A stretch of 64,000 nt of DNA from an uncultured Phycisphaerales bacterium (GTDB lineage: Bacteria; Planctomycetota; Phycisphaerae; Tepidisphaerales; Tepidisphaeraceae): NCBI GenBank assembly GCA_963755915.1, contig CAVWLP010000003.1:1461207-1525206 (forward strand). Direction: 5' to 3'. The position numbers and the translations under genes are program-made. The notes beneath the pieces were generated by a model. It made no database searches. It worked only from the letters and a program-made list of their open reading frames with translations, and was not told the origin of the DNA. Below are positions 42,830-53,289 of the stretch, piece after piece. Numbering within the stretch: the stretch's first letter is position 1; each line of letters opens with the position of its first letter.

Positions 42830-43917
42830 GTGAGACTGATCATCGATTCGCATTTGGACCTGTCGTGGAACGCTCTTTCCTGGAACCGCGACCTGACACA
42901 ATCGGTCGCCGAAATGCGTAAGGCCGAAGCGGGTATGACCGACGACAAGGCTCGCGGCCGTGGGACTGTCACCTTGCCGGAAATGCGTGCGGGTCGCGTA
43001 GCCGTCTGCTGCGGGACGCTCCTGACGTGCGCAAAACGACACATGAAGCCGGGCGCAAAATCGATCTTGATGTCGGGACGCAGGAAATTTGTTGCGCGAT
43101 CGCCCGAGGTCAATTAGCGTATTATCGTCTTCTGGCCCACAGAAATGAGATCGCGATGGTCGCGAACCAGAGTCAGCTCAGATCGCATTGGTCTCGCTGG
43201 GAAGAGAAGGCTACCTCGGCATCGACGCTGCCGATTGGACTTATTCTGGCCATGGAAGGCGCCGATCCGATCGTTTCACCAGGTCAGGTCGACCAATGGT
43301 GGTCAGACGGATTGCGCAGCGTCGGGCTGGCGCACTACGGCAAAAGCCACTACGCGGTCGGCACTGGCGATCATGGTCCGTTGACACCGAAGGGAGTTGA
43401 GCTGCTAAAGGAATTTGACCGCGTGGGCATGATTCTTGACGCTACGCACAGTTCTGACCCGAGCTTCTATCAAGCGCTCGATCTTTTTCGAGGGCCGGTG
43501 ATGGCCAGCCACAACAATTGCCGCGCACTCGTGCCGGGAGACCGGCAGTTTTCTGATGAGCAGATTAAGCGTCTGATTGATCGGGGATCCGTCATCGGCG
43601 TCGCCCTCGACTCATGGATGCTCAAGCCGAATTTCGTGATCGGAAAGACTCCGGGCAATGTCGTTTCTCTCGAGGCGGTCGTGGATCACATCGATCATAT
43701 CTGCCAATTCGCCGGTAACGCGAACCATGCGGCGATCGGCTCCGATCTTGACGGCGGTTTTGGCACCAACCAGTCGCCCGGTGGCCTGGAAACGATCGCC
43801 GACCTGCAAAAGCTGGATGCGATCCTAATGCAAAGAGGCTACAGCTCGGCTCAAATCGACGGCATTTTCCACGGCAATTGGTTGAGGTTTTTCCTAAGTG
43901 CATTGCCTGAAAATTAA
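42830..43917 (+). CDS. Membrane dipeptidase family (peptidase M19); frameshift ~43030
   Basis: IDSHLDL in one frame; MEGAD, DATH, ASHNN and IGSDLDGG in the next. Confidence 0.85.
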
Positions 43918-43946
43918 GCGATCCCGCGCGGGCAGACTGCCATTTG

Positions 43947-46730
43947 CTACGGTTTGACGGCGAATTTCAAATTAAAGAAATCCGCGGTATCGCCGCGGAC
44001 AGATCCGTCGGACAGAAACTCGACGCAAACATATTTGCCGGCATAGGACGTGATGTCTTTGTCGAATGTAACCCTTTTATACGGCTTATCCCCGGGCGGA
44101 ATCCGCAACACTTCGGCGCCATTAATCCGAATCACCCCGTCACTCGCCTGGCTAAGTTGCGGATTAACTAGATATTCGCCTTGAATGTGAATACTCGATG
44201 CGGTTGGAATCTTACCAATCACCCGGCCGATCGTGCCAACGGCCATCTCAAAACCGTTTTCGGAATTCGGCTTCATCCACTTCAGCTCGTCTCGTGACCC
44301 ATAGTAAGGCAAGCTTGAGAAGATTCCGCTCAGCTCCGTATCCACTTTGCGGACCGCGAGCAGCGTCGCGGGGCCTTGAGTTTGAGCCGCGGCCCCAGCT
44401 TGTTTGTCGGGGCTCAATTCAATGTGATAACCGAGTCCCGTTGCATCGATGGCGGAGGCGTCGATTTGAGAAAAGGCCTGATTCGATTGAGGGTCAACGG
44501 CCAGTTTCATGCCGTTCAGATACGCGTCGTAATTGTCGGGCACGTAGACGCCGATTTGGCCCTGGCCGGCGAATCGCAAACAGAAATAGACGTCGTCGGG
44601 GCCGACTTCCTGCTCAGCGGTGCGCGGTTCCATGCTGCTGACGCCAACGAAATTGTCCGGCACTTTGAATACATGGAAACGATTCGGCGAAGTGCTTCGG
44701 CTCGCATCGAACCAGTAAGATTGATTTGGATTCAGACCCAAAATGGTTTGGCCATCGTAGATCAGCCAGTCATCTATATATTCGCGGAATCCGAAATAAG
44801 CCGGCATTCCTGGCCCGGCAAACGATTTGATGTTGAAATATCTGGTTCCAATCCATTTTGGCTCCTTGTTGGGCTCGTAAACGACCAGACCGCATTTAGT
44901 GGGTTGTTTTTCGAAATATGCGGTAACGCCGTTGTCGCCTCTAAATCCAAAAAGTTTTTCGCCCTCGGGGGGAATGGAATCTTGCGGCGCCGGAAGTAAT
45001 CCGTGCGAATAGTGATCGACAAAATGAGTGAATTGCACGCGCTCCAGACGCGAATCCGGAACGAGCTGGTATTGATGAAAGGCCGTTACAACATCGGTCC
45101 ACGATCTTTCGCGCTGCGGATCCGCCCCGGGCATCATGAAGCCCCATGAGTCGAATGCATCCATCAGGGAGCAATCCGTGGGGGAGTACATAACGCCTTC
45201 CGGCACAACTCTGACGAAATTATGAAATATATACCCGGAAAGAGGATGGCCTAAGGGCATCTGGCTCAGGGCAAGCTTGCCAAACTTGGCGGTAAGCGCA
45301 TTGAATTGTTCGGTTTCGACAGCCACGCCCGGATAGCGCTCGAGAATTTCCTTCATAAGCAATTGAACGCCTTGAATTCCTGTTACCCCGTCAACGACAA
45401 ACGGGCCGCCAGGCGCCATCGCTTCGTCGAGATAAATCACGTCCACGCCGGAATCGACAGCGTCTTTCATCTGGTCGATCAGATATTCACGCCAGGGTTT
45501 ATACGCCGCCGATATGCGTAACAGGGCATTTTTTCCCTCATAAATGTGTTCATATTGCGGGTTGCCATCTGCATCGACTCCAACGGGCAAAAGCGCTGGC
45601 CTGAACCGCGCGACAAGATCGGGAAACATCGCGGCGAGACTCTGGCTGTTGAAATGCACGCCAACATGGAAGCCTAAATCTCTGGCGTACCTGATCCATT
45701 TTTTTGCCGCAGGATTTACCCGATAATCGGGATAACCCACGTCCATGGCGTAAAACCGATATTCAGGTTGACGGCCGACAAACGTTTCGGAAGGGTTGAC
45801 GCATTTGGCCAGATCGTCCAGTCCTTCGTTGTTGCCGATGTCGATATATGCCTGAGTTTTGAGCTTCGCGACCCATGCCTGGTCCGGCGGAAGCTTGTCG
45901 AGCGGGACAAATCCGGCGCCTTTCTGCAGCCAATCAATGTACGGATCAACCGCGTCCTCCCAATGATTCTGATAAGGCCGAAATCGAACCTCATACATTT
46001 CCGGAGACGTCGTCGGAAACGCGAATCTGCGGTCCATTCCGATTATTGCATTGTTCCCGTTTCCCTTCACCATGACGCAGGCGGGCCCAATGCGTTCGTC
46101 GCGGCCTTCAACGAACCATCCCCGGTTCTGGCCCTGGAAAAGCGCGACCAGCGGTTGCGGAAACCCTGATGGAGATCCATCGGAATTGGGGTCGCCAAGG
46201 AATATGCCGTTCCACGGGGCATTCGCGGTGCGTCCAACGCCATAGCCATCAATCCAGACCAGACTGTGAGCGCCGATATCAAAACCGCTGAGGATCAAAC
46301 GCATTTCGTCAACCGGATGCGCGGTCTCGGCCGAAGCGCGCAGCACCAAATCGTTGTTGGGCGCGACAAACCACCTTATAACCAGGTGGGTGCCGTCTCG
46401 CATCCTCCAATAAGCGAAGACCGATGTATCGTTGGCCTCTTGCTTAACCATGGCCGCGTCGAAGTTAGCGGAGTGTGACGGCCCAAAGAGCGGCATTGCA
46501 CCAGGCAACTGATCGGGCTGGATTTGAACGAGCGTATCGCCGTTGATGGTGCTCTTTATTTCGCATGGGAATCCATTTTGGAAGGTCGCCTCCCACGTGT
46601 TGCTATGTAGCACGGCTCGACCGTTGGTGGCTGTGCGCCAATCCGCCAGCGCGAGCGCCGCCGGGAGTAGAACGAAAATCCCAAATACCGCCGCAACAAT
46701 TCCCCTTTTAGAATTAGTGAAAAATCTCAT
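43947..46730 (-). CDS. Secreted DUF6259-like putative glycoside hydrolase, paralogue C
   Basis: Signal peptide from ATG 46730 (GGAGG ribosome-binding site); GVDVIYLDE, ETEQFN and GHPLSGYIFH. Confidence 0.6.
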   Translation of the reverse strand: MRFFTNSKRGIVAAVFGIFVLLPAALALADWRTATNGRAVLHSNTWEATFQNGFPCEIKSTINGDTLVQIQPDQLPGAMPLFGPSHSANFDAAMVKQEANDTSVFAYWRMRDGTHLVIRWFVAPNNDLVLRASAETAHPVDEMRLILSGFDIGAHSLVWIDGYGVGRTANAPWNGIFLGDPNSDGSPSGFPQPLVALFQGQNRGWFVEGRDERIGPACVMVKGNGNNAIIGMDRRFAFPTTSPEMYEVRFRPYQNHWEDAVDPYIDWLQKGAGFVPLDKLPPDQAWVAKLKTQAYIDIGNNEGLDDLAKCVNPSETFVGRQPEYRFYAMDVGYPDYRVNPAAKKWIRYARDLGFHVGVHFNSQSLAAMFPDLVARFRPALLPVGVDADGNPQYEHIYEGKNALLRISAAYKPWREYLIDQMKDAVDSGVDVIYLDEAMAPGGPFVVDGVTGIQGVQLLMKEILERYPGVAVETEQFNALTAKFGKLALSQMPLGHPLSGYIFHNFVRVVPEGVMYSPTDCSLMDAFDSWGFMMPGADPQRERSWTDVVTAFHQYQLVPDSRLERVQFTHFVDHYSHGLLPAPQDSIPPEGEKLFGFRGDNGVTAYFEKQPTKCGLVVYEPNKEPKWIGTRYFNIKSFAGPGMPAYFGFREYIDDWLIYDGQTILGLNPNQSYWFDASRSTSPNRFHVFKVPDNFVGVSSMEPRTAEQEVGPDDVYFCLRFAGQGQIGVYVPDNYDAYLNGMKLAVDPQSNQAFSQIDASAIDATGLGYHIELSPDKQAGAAAQTQGPATLLAVRKVDTELSGIFSSLPYYGSRDELKWMKPNSENGFEMAVGTIGRVIGKIPTASSIHIQGEYLVNPQLSQASDGVIRINGAEVLRIPPGDKPYKRVTFDKDITSYAGKYVCVEFLSDGSVRGDTADFFNLKFAVKP

Positions 46731-46782
46731 TTCGGCGATCGCCTCCCGGCGTTTGAATTCGGCTGGCCGATGGGCACAGCCG

Positions 46783-46822
46783 ATTGTATCTATCGATACC
46801 TCTATGGGACCATATTGAACCA
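46783..46822 (-). promoter_or_regulatory. Phased array TGGTTCAATA|TGGTCCCATA|GAGGTATCGA|TAGATACAAT
   Basis: Upstream of paralogue C. Confidence 0.55.
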
Positions 46823-46910
46823 ATATCCTCGATTGAGCGCGGCGTTTCAAGTTTTTATATTTAATTTTACAGTCATTTTCCCGCGGGTAGAACAACCGTG
46901 TACCGCTAGA

Positions 46911-47873
46911 TTATTTGGGCATAGGGCCCAGTTTTATGCCGTTGGAATCGTCGAGCAACAGATTTCTGTTTCGATATCGAGCCTGATAGGACTTGGGCGG
47001 CAGGCCCATCAGCGTCTTGAAAATCGTTGCGAAGAACTGGCTGGAAGAAAAACCGAGAGACATCGCTATCTCGGTCACCGAGCGATTCTGGCCGCGAAGA
47101 AGCAGCGCCGCTCGTCGGATGCGCAGGCGGGTGCGATATGCGGCCGGGCTGAAAACGACCTCCCTCACGAACCGTTTATGGAAATGGCTTGTGCTTAAAC
47201 CGGAGACCTCGGCGAGCGTTTCGATGCGATAGTCTTCACCCAAGTGCTGCTCCATCCAGACGACGGCCTGGCGAATGCTTTCGCTCTGCGCCGCAAGTTT
47301 ATCGCGCAAAGACTGTGCTTGCCGTTCGTGATCGACCGCCACGGAAACCAGTAGCTGCAACAAAGCCGCCCGAGCGCCCACCGCCGCGTATTTGTCGCCA
47401 GTCCAATCGCGATGCGCCGCGACGAGCCTGGCGAATGCGTCTTTGACCGATTCTGAGCCAGGGAAAGCGTGCAGCGTCATTCCCGAGTAATCACGCCGCA
47501 GGGCGCGATAGCTGGCCGCGGTCATTCCGGGGATCGTACCTGCCGACGGTAAAACGACTTGGGCCCAATATAACTCGTTGGGATGCATCATAGCGTCGCG
47601 TCCACCATGGCGTTCGTCCGGTCGAGTGACGAAAATCTGGGCGGGACCCACCTCGTAGATCTCGTTACTCGCCCACCATTCCACGCTGCCTCGAACGATG
47701 TAGCAGATTTCAAAGGCGTTCTTGTGCGTATGCGCTTTGAGCACGGCGCTTGCCCTAGGATAACGCGCCCAGCCGACCTTAACCAACTCGGGCAATAACA
47801 GATCTTTGTCCCAGACAAGCCTTGCGGGCTGGCCGGATTCGGACGGAGAACGCCGCATAGTAGTGGGGCCCAT
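46911..47873 (-). CDS. AraC family transcriptional regulator
   Basis: Cupin motif HTHKNAFEICY and C-terminal HTH SVTEIAMSLGFSSSQFFATIFK...P. Confidence 0.9.
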   Translation of the reverse strand: MGPTTMRRSPSESGQPARLVWDKDLLLPELVKVGWARYPRASAVLKAHTHKNAFEICYIVRGSVEWWASNEIYEVGPAQIFVTRPDERHGGRDAMMHPNELYWAQVVLPSAGTIPGMTAASYRALRRDYSGMTLHAFPGSESVKDAFARLVAAHRDWTGDKYAAVGARAALLQLLVSVAVDHERQAQSLRDKLAAQSESIRQAVVWMEQHLGEDYRIETLAEVSGLSTSHFHKRFVREVVFSPAAYRTRLRIRRAALLLRGQNRSVTEIAMSLGFSSSQFFATIFKTLMGLPPKSYQARYRNRNLLLDDSNGIKLGPMPK

Positions 47874-47934
47874 TCTAACTTCGAGTCGGAAATAGTATGT
47901 TCAAATTTCTCTGAATCGGACCCTGAACGCACAG

Positions 47935-47960
47935 TGGTCTATCGTGATATAAACTGGTTT
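47935..47960 (+). promoter_or_regulatory. Phased array TGGTCTATCG|TGATATAAAC|TGGTTT
   Basis: Upstream of the desaturase-like gene. Confidence 0.6.
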
Positions 47961-47984
47961 GCGGCACTCGGTTTAGAAGGGTTT

Positions 47985-49054
47985 ATGGAAAGTGAAAAGA
48001 CGAAAGCGAGAGTGGCGTGGTATCGGTCGCCCGTTTCCCGGGAACAGCTTCGTAAATTGAACGAGAGAAGCGATTTCAAGGGTTTTTTTGCAGACAGTTT
48101 CCTTCCTAGGGCTTCTGGTCCTAACTGGTTCGACCGCCTATTTGTCCGTAGGCCGGGTGAAATGGCCGCTGGTTATACTGCTATTTTTCATTCACGGGAC
48201 CTGCTGGTCTTTCATCGTCGATGCCTGTCACGAATTTGCCCACGACTCGGTATTCAAGACCAAGTTTCTGAATAAGTTTTTCGGGCGGATATTCATTTTT
48301 AGGCTGGGATAATCCTTATCGGTTCTGGGCCAGCCACATGCAACATCACAAGTATGCGCTGCACCCGCCGGACGATCTTGAAGTCGTGCTTCCATTGCCG
48401 CTTTCTTTGAAGGGCTTTTTATTGGGCGGATTCATTAATCCGCAAGCCGCCTGGAACACGTTTACGGCGACCGTCTACATTGCACTTGGAAGGCTCCGGG
48501 GAACTTGGGAGCTGTCGTTGTTTCCGGCAACCGATTCGGAACAACGTCGCCGCCTCTTCAATTGGGCGCGCTTTCTGCTGGTGGGGCAGGCAGCGATTGT
48601 GGCGACTGCGGTCATCATGCGATGGTGGCTGTTAATTGTCGTCGTCACCCTGGCGCCCTTTTATGGTGAATGGCTGCGATTTCTCTACAACCAGACCCAA
48701 CACGGTGGACTTCGAGACAATGTGCCCGACTTTCGGCTGTGTTGCCGAACGATGATTTTGAATCCGTTTTTGCGATTTTTGTATTGGCATATGAATTTCC
48801 ATACCGAGCATCACATGTATGCCGGCGTTCCGTGCTATAACCTTGGCAAGTTGCATAGGATAATCGCCTCAGACCTGCCGCCATGCCCTCGAGGGTTAAC
48901 CCGCACGTGGATTCAAATCATCGGCATCCTTCGCATGCAGAGGCGCGACCCCTCGTATAAATATTCCCCGCCGCTGCCGATGCCGAGCGTGCGAAAGTCA
49001 ACGTCAGGCGCGACGATGGTCCCGGAGCAGACAACCGAAATTCCCGCGGCCTAA
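47985..49054 (+). CDS. Fatty-acid-desaturase-family membrane di-iron enzyme (MocD-like); two frameshifts (~48085 in a T7 run, ~48295)
   Basis: His boxes HEFAH, HMQHH and HTEHH with hydrophobic segments and YWHMNFH..HH..VPCYNL. Confidence 0.8.
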
Positions 49055-49098
49055 AGGCTTCTTAAAATCTTCGCTCCGTGGTAAATATTACGAACTTT

Positions 49099-50004
49099 AT
49101 GACCAGCAAAGAGCTTCGCAAAAAAGTGTTGGGCGGGGAGCACGTGTTCGGGACTCTGATTGTCTCCTCATCTCCGCGCTGGCCGAGGATTGTTGCCGGC
49201 TTGGGATTGGATTTTGTTTTCATTGATACCGAGCACATCGCCCTGGATCGCGCCGAGCTTTCATGGATGTGTCAGGCCTATGCCGCACTCGGCTTGCCGC
49301 CGATTGTTCGGATCCCTTCGCCGGATCCCTATCAGGCAGCGATGGTCGCCGATGGCGGCGCCGCTGGCGTGGTTGCGCCTTACATCGAGTCAGTCGAGCA
49401 GGCTCAGTCACTGCGCGGCGCAGTTAAGTACCACCCCGTCAAAGGAGAATTCCTCGCGCGACATCTCCATAGCGAGAAGAAATGTGGGCGCGAATTGGCC
49501 GAATATCTCGACTCTCACAATGCTAATCGCCTGATGATCATCAATGTGGAAAGCGAGCCGGCGGTTGAGAATATCGACGCTCTTCTTGGGGTGCGCGACC
49601 TGGACGCGGTTCTGATCGGTCCACATGATCTGTCTTGCAGCCTTGGGATTCCCGAGCAATATCACCACCCGAGATTCGAAGAAGTCTGCCGCTATATTTT
49701 TAAAAAGGCTCGCGCCGCAGGGGTGGGCGCGGGCGTGCATTCCTACGTTGGCGACGTGGGGCAGGAAATTTCCTGGATGACCGAGGCCGGCGCGAATCTC
49801 ATCATACACTCGGCGGATCTCGTGGCATTTTCAAAATCGATGACGGCGGATATTGCACAGCTCCGGGCCGCAGTAGGAAGCAAACAGGATGCGCGGAGAG
49901 GTCGGCAATATTTAATAATTGATAGACAGACGGCCGACTTGGACATACAAGGATATACCTCTGTGTACCAGTTGGGGTTTTATTGCCTTGTCCGGCAAAC
50001 ATGA
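49099..50004 (+). CDS. HpcH/HpaI class II aldolase
   Basis: DFVFIDTEH, IVRIP, NVES and IGPHDLSCSLG. The true stop may be earlier (~49915) if the tail is frameshifted. Confidence 0.85.
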   Translation: MTSKELRKKVLGGEHVFGTLIVSSSPRWPRIVAGLGLDFVFIDTEHIALDRAELSWMCQAYAALGLPPIVRIPSPDPYQAAMVADGGAAGVVAPYIESVEQAQSLRGAVKYHPVKGEFLARHLHSEKKCGRELAEYLDSHNANRLMIINVESEPAVENIDALLGVRDLDAVLIGPHDLSCSLGIPEQYHHPRFEEVCRYIFKKARAAGVGAGVHSYVGDVGQEISWMTEAGANLIIHSADLVAFSKSMTADIAQLRAAVGSKQDARRGRQYLIIDRQTADLDIQGYTSVYQLGFYCLVRQT

Positions 50005-50089
50005 TTGGGGTATCCGAACATGTATTTCATCCCTGAGAATTGCCGTTAAATGGCTAAATATGCGCGGGTTGGCGAAATAAATCAGGAGC

Positions 50090-50118
50090 TTGGTACAGTA
50101 TTGATAACTATGTACCAA
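50090..50118 (+). promoter_or_regulatory. TTGGTACA-N13-TGTACCAA inverted repeat; a further pair TGGTACACAG|AGGTATATCC lies at 49970-49951 (-)
   Basis: Perfect 8-bp inverted repeat of the TGGTACA core upstream of the 50152-57926 operon. Confidence 0.7.
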
Positions 50119-50151
50119 TCTGATAACCTAACGGAGTAACGGAAACACAAT

Positions 50152-51751
50152 ATGGCGAACGACAGTTCTGTCTCGTCTCGAATGGGGCTATTGATGCCAG
50201 ATGACTTCAGCGAACTGGCGCTATGCGGCTGGCGCGTCGAGCTCGGCACGTCGGATCCCGAAAACCCACTGATCGAGGGGGAGATGCCATGGGAGCGAGG
50301 CGGCGTCGGTGATCATGGTTCGGTTTTTGTCGACCCCATCACGGGCAAATGGAAAGCTTATCTCGAATGTACACCCGCCGAGGAATTTCCGGAAAAGCAG
50401 CCGGAAAACAAGGGAAAACCATGGAACTCGGAAAACGCCCACTTTCGCCGCGTCTGCCTCTTTGAAAGCGAAGATGGTCTGCATTGGGCCCGGCCGATGC
50501 TTTCGAATGTCAAATATGGTCAACACGAAAAGACCAACATCATCTTTGATATCGACGAGGGCACGTCCGGATACGCCTCGATTTTCGTCGATCCGTCGAA
50601 CACGAAGTGGCCTTATGAGATGCTGGTCCTTCGCGAATCGTGGATTCCAGGTTTCGGCAAGCCACCCGATGGAAACGGCTACTATCGATATCGCTCAGCC
50701 GATGGCCGCAAGTGGGAACGCATCGGCAGTCGCGTGCCGGGATTTGATGGAGATCTGTGCTTCTTTTACCGAGTCGGAGGTGCACTGACGCCGTTTGGTT
50801 CGATTCCCGGCGAGCAGCCGCTGAAAGAAAAATACCTCGCCTATTACCGCTTGCCGGGAAAAGGTCAGCCTACGGATCACGTTCCTGTTTACGAGGATTG
50901 TGGGCGTCGCACGGTTTATCGCGCCTCAAGCCAGGACAGTTACACATGGGATTTCGATGAAAAAGTTCCGCTGACGGCTGATGAGCGCGATCATCGCGAT
51001 ACACAATACCAGGAATGCGTGCCCCTTAGAGTCCCCGGCGGATACATTGCAATGGTGACGATGTATCTGCCGATCACGCAAACGCTAAACCTGCGAGTGG
51101 CCGCATCGCGCGACGGGGTCCGATGGTGGTTTCCAGATCGGCGACCATGTCTGGATAACGGTCCGCTTGGCGATTATGGCGGTGGACAGATCTGGCAAAG
51201 CCAATATCTGCATGTCCAGGATGGTAACTTGTACGTCTATCATGGCGCCACTGAAAGCCTGCACAGGCAGATCACGGATACGCGCGCGCCCTCCGTTGAC
51301 GTGAACTACATGGAAAAGGTAATCGACCATGGCGGGCATTTTCTGCCATTTACCTGTGCATTGTGCCGCTCTTCATGGAAACTGGACCGGTTGTACGCGC
51401 TGGCCTCAAGCACCGGCGGGACAACCTATGGCCGGGCCACAACCATTTCTTCGGACTTGGGCGGCAAACATTTGTTTGTCAACCTGGTCACTCGCCCTCC
51501 AAAGAAGGCTTCGACGCCTGGGCTGGACGAAGGTATGGTTCAGGTTGAACTCCTCGATCAGTCGGATCAACCGATCAAGGGATTTACGTGGGATGATTGC
51601 ATCCCACTGAAGGGCGATCACGCCTCGGCGATTGCAAAATGGGCGGGCGGCTCTCAAGCGCCTTCCGCTGCGCAAAGCGCGGTTCTACATCAAGCGCGCA
51701 TTTTTATACGGATTTTCATTTCAAACTGCGGGCACAAATGCGCCCGCATGA
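50152..51751 (+). CDS. Uncharacterised beta-propeller protein, paralogue P3; frameshift ~51675
   Basis: The shifted frame gives ARFYIKRAFLYGFSF...* (TGA 51751), matching the C-terminus of P4 (AKLYLKRVFLYGFEF). Confidence 0.7.
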
Positions 51752-51774
51752 CGAAAGGCAGTGTTTTAGAAAAT

Positions 51775-53289
51775 ATGTCAGCTCATGACACGCGAATGCC
51801 TCTATTGATGCCGGATGAGTTCAGCGACCTTCATCTATGCGCTTGGCGCGTCGAGCCCGGACGGCAGGACCCGGAAAATCCCCTGATCGAAGGGGAGCTT
51901 CCGTGGGAAAGAGGCGGCGTCGGAATTCACGGCACCGTGCTGAAAGATCCAATCGACGGGTTGTTCAAGGCGTGGATTGTCTGTACGCCGGCGGAAGAAA
52001 CGTCCGAAAGCTGGCCAAACGGCTGGAGCTCGATCGCCAACGACCGCGACCGAAGCATTTGCTATTTCGAAAGTAAAGACGGCGTTAAATGGATCAAGCC
52101 AAGGATCTTCGACACTCCCTACGGAGATCACGAGCGCACAAACATCATCTTTCCATCGTCTAAGTTTGGATTGCAGGCGTATGCGTCGGTGCTCATCGAT
52201 CCGAAGAATAAGAAGTGGCCGTATGAGATGTTCGTTCTGCAAACTCCGACGTCAATCGCAACGCCTCCCCACGGCTCGGGCTATCACCGCTATCGTTCCA
52301 GGGACGGTAAAAAATGGGAGTGGACGGGCGGCCCGATTACAGGGTGCATTCTCGGCGATGTTCTGTTTGTTTATAAAAATCCCAGCGGCGGCTATCTCGG
52401 CTCATACCGCACCGCAATGCCGCTTCAGGTGGAAGACCATCTTCCGCCGTGGGAGGACTGCCCGCGGCGAACGTGCTTCCGCTGTACGAGCAAGAACGGG
52501 TTGCATTGGATCAAGGATGACCTGATGGTCATTCAGCGCGACGAACGAGAGCATCGCGACACGCAGTTCATGGAATGGGTGCCGTTGGCTGTTCCGGGGG
52601 GATACGTCGCGACCGTCTCCGTTTATCACCCGATCCGCCAGACGCTTGACACTCGTATTGCGGCGTCGCGCGACACGCGGCAATGGTGGTTTCCCGACAG
52701 AATCCCCTGCGTGCCGAACGCGCCCATGGGCGATTACGGTGGCGGCATGATCTGGCAGAGTAAAAATCTTCACGTTCAAAATGGGAAAATGTATATGTAC
52801 TACGCTGGATCCGAAGGCGCCCATCGGCAGATTTCGGAGACGCAGGCGCCGTCAGTAAGTATCGGGTACCAGGAGACCGCGATCAGTAAGGGTGGCCACT
52901 TTCTCCCGTTCACAACGGCGCTTTGCCGATGCCACTGGGATTTTGATCGTCTTTACGCGCTATGCAGCTCCACTGGGGGCCCTACGATTGGGATCGCCAC
53001 GACCAAGCCGCAAAAGATCAAGGGGAGTGGCTTGCGGGTGAACGTCGTCACCCGTCCGCCGAAGTGCGGAGGATCGGACGAAGGCTATTTGCAGGTCGAA
53101 CTGCTGGATGAAGGCGGCCGTCCGATACCAGAATTCAGCCGAGGCGATTGCAAACCCATTCACGGAGACCACCGCAGCTATGAAGTTCGCTGGGCCGGCG
53201 GAGGTCGCGCTCCCGCCGCGGCCGTTCAGGCGAAACTTTATCTCAAGCGAGTGTTTCTTTACGGCTTCGAATTCTCGAAAGGAAAGTAA
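51775..53289 (+). CDS. Uncharacterised beta-propeller protein, paralogue P4 (tandem duplicate of P3)
   Basis: Own start MSAHDTRMPLLMPDEFS parallels the P3 start; shares DPENPLIEGE, GDYGGG.IWQS and HFLPFT with P3. Confidence 0.7.
   Translation: MSAHDTRMPLLMPDEFSDLHLCAWRVEPGRQDPENPLIEGELPWERGGVGIHGTVLKDPIDGLFKAWIVCTPAEETSESWPNGWSSIANDRDRSICYFESKDGVKWIKPRIFDTPYGDHERTNIIFPSSKFGLQAYASVLIDPKNKKWPYEMFVLQTPTSIATPPHGSGYHRYRSRDGKKWEWTGGPITGCILGDVLFVYKNPSGGYLGSYRTAMPLQVEDHLPPWEDCPRRTCFRCTSKNGLHWIKDDLMVIQRDEREHRDTQFMEWVPLAVPGGYVATVSVYHPIRQTLDTRIAASRDTRQWWFPDRIPCVPNAPMGDYGGGMIWQSKNLHVQNGKMYMYYAGSEGAHRQISETQAPSVSIGYQETAISKGGHFLPFTTALCRCHWDFDRLYALCSSTGGPTIGIATTKPQKIKGSGLRVNVVTRPPKCGGSDEGYLQVELLDEGGRPIPEFSRGDCKPIHGDHRSYEVRWAGGGRAPAAAVQAKLYLKRVFLYGFEFSKGK

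Noticed and set aside
50152-53289. Single 1045-aa double-propeller protein
   Set aside because: Better explained as two genes plus one frameshift.
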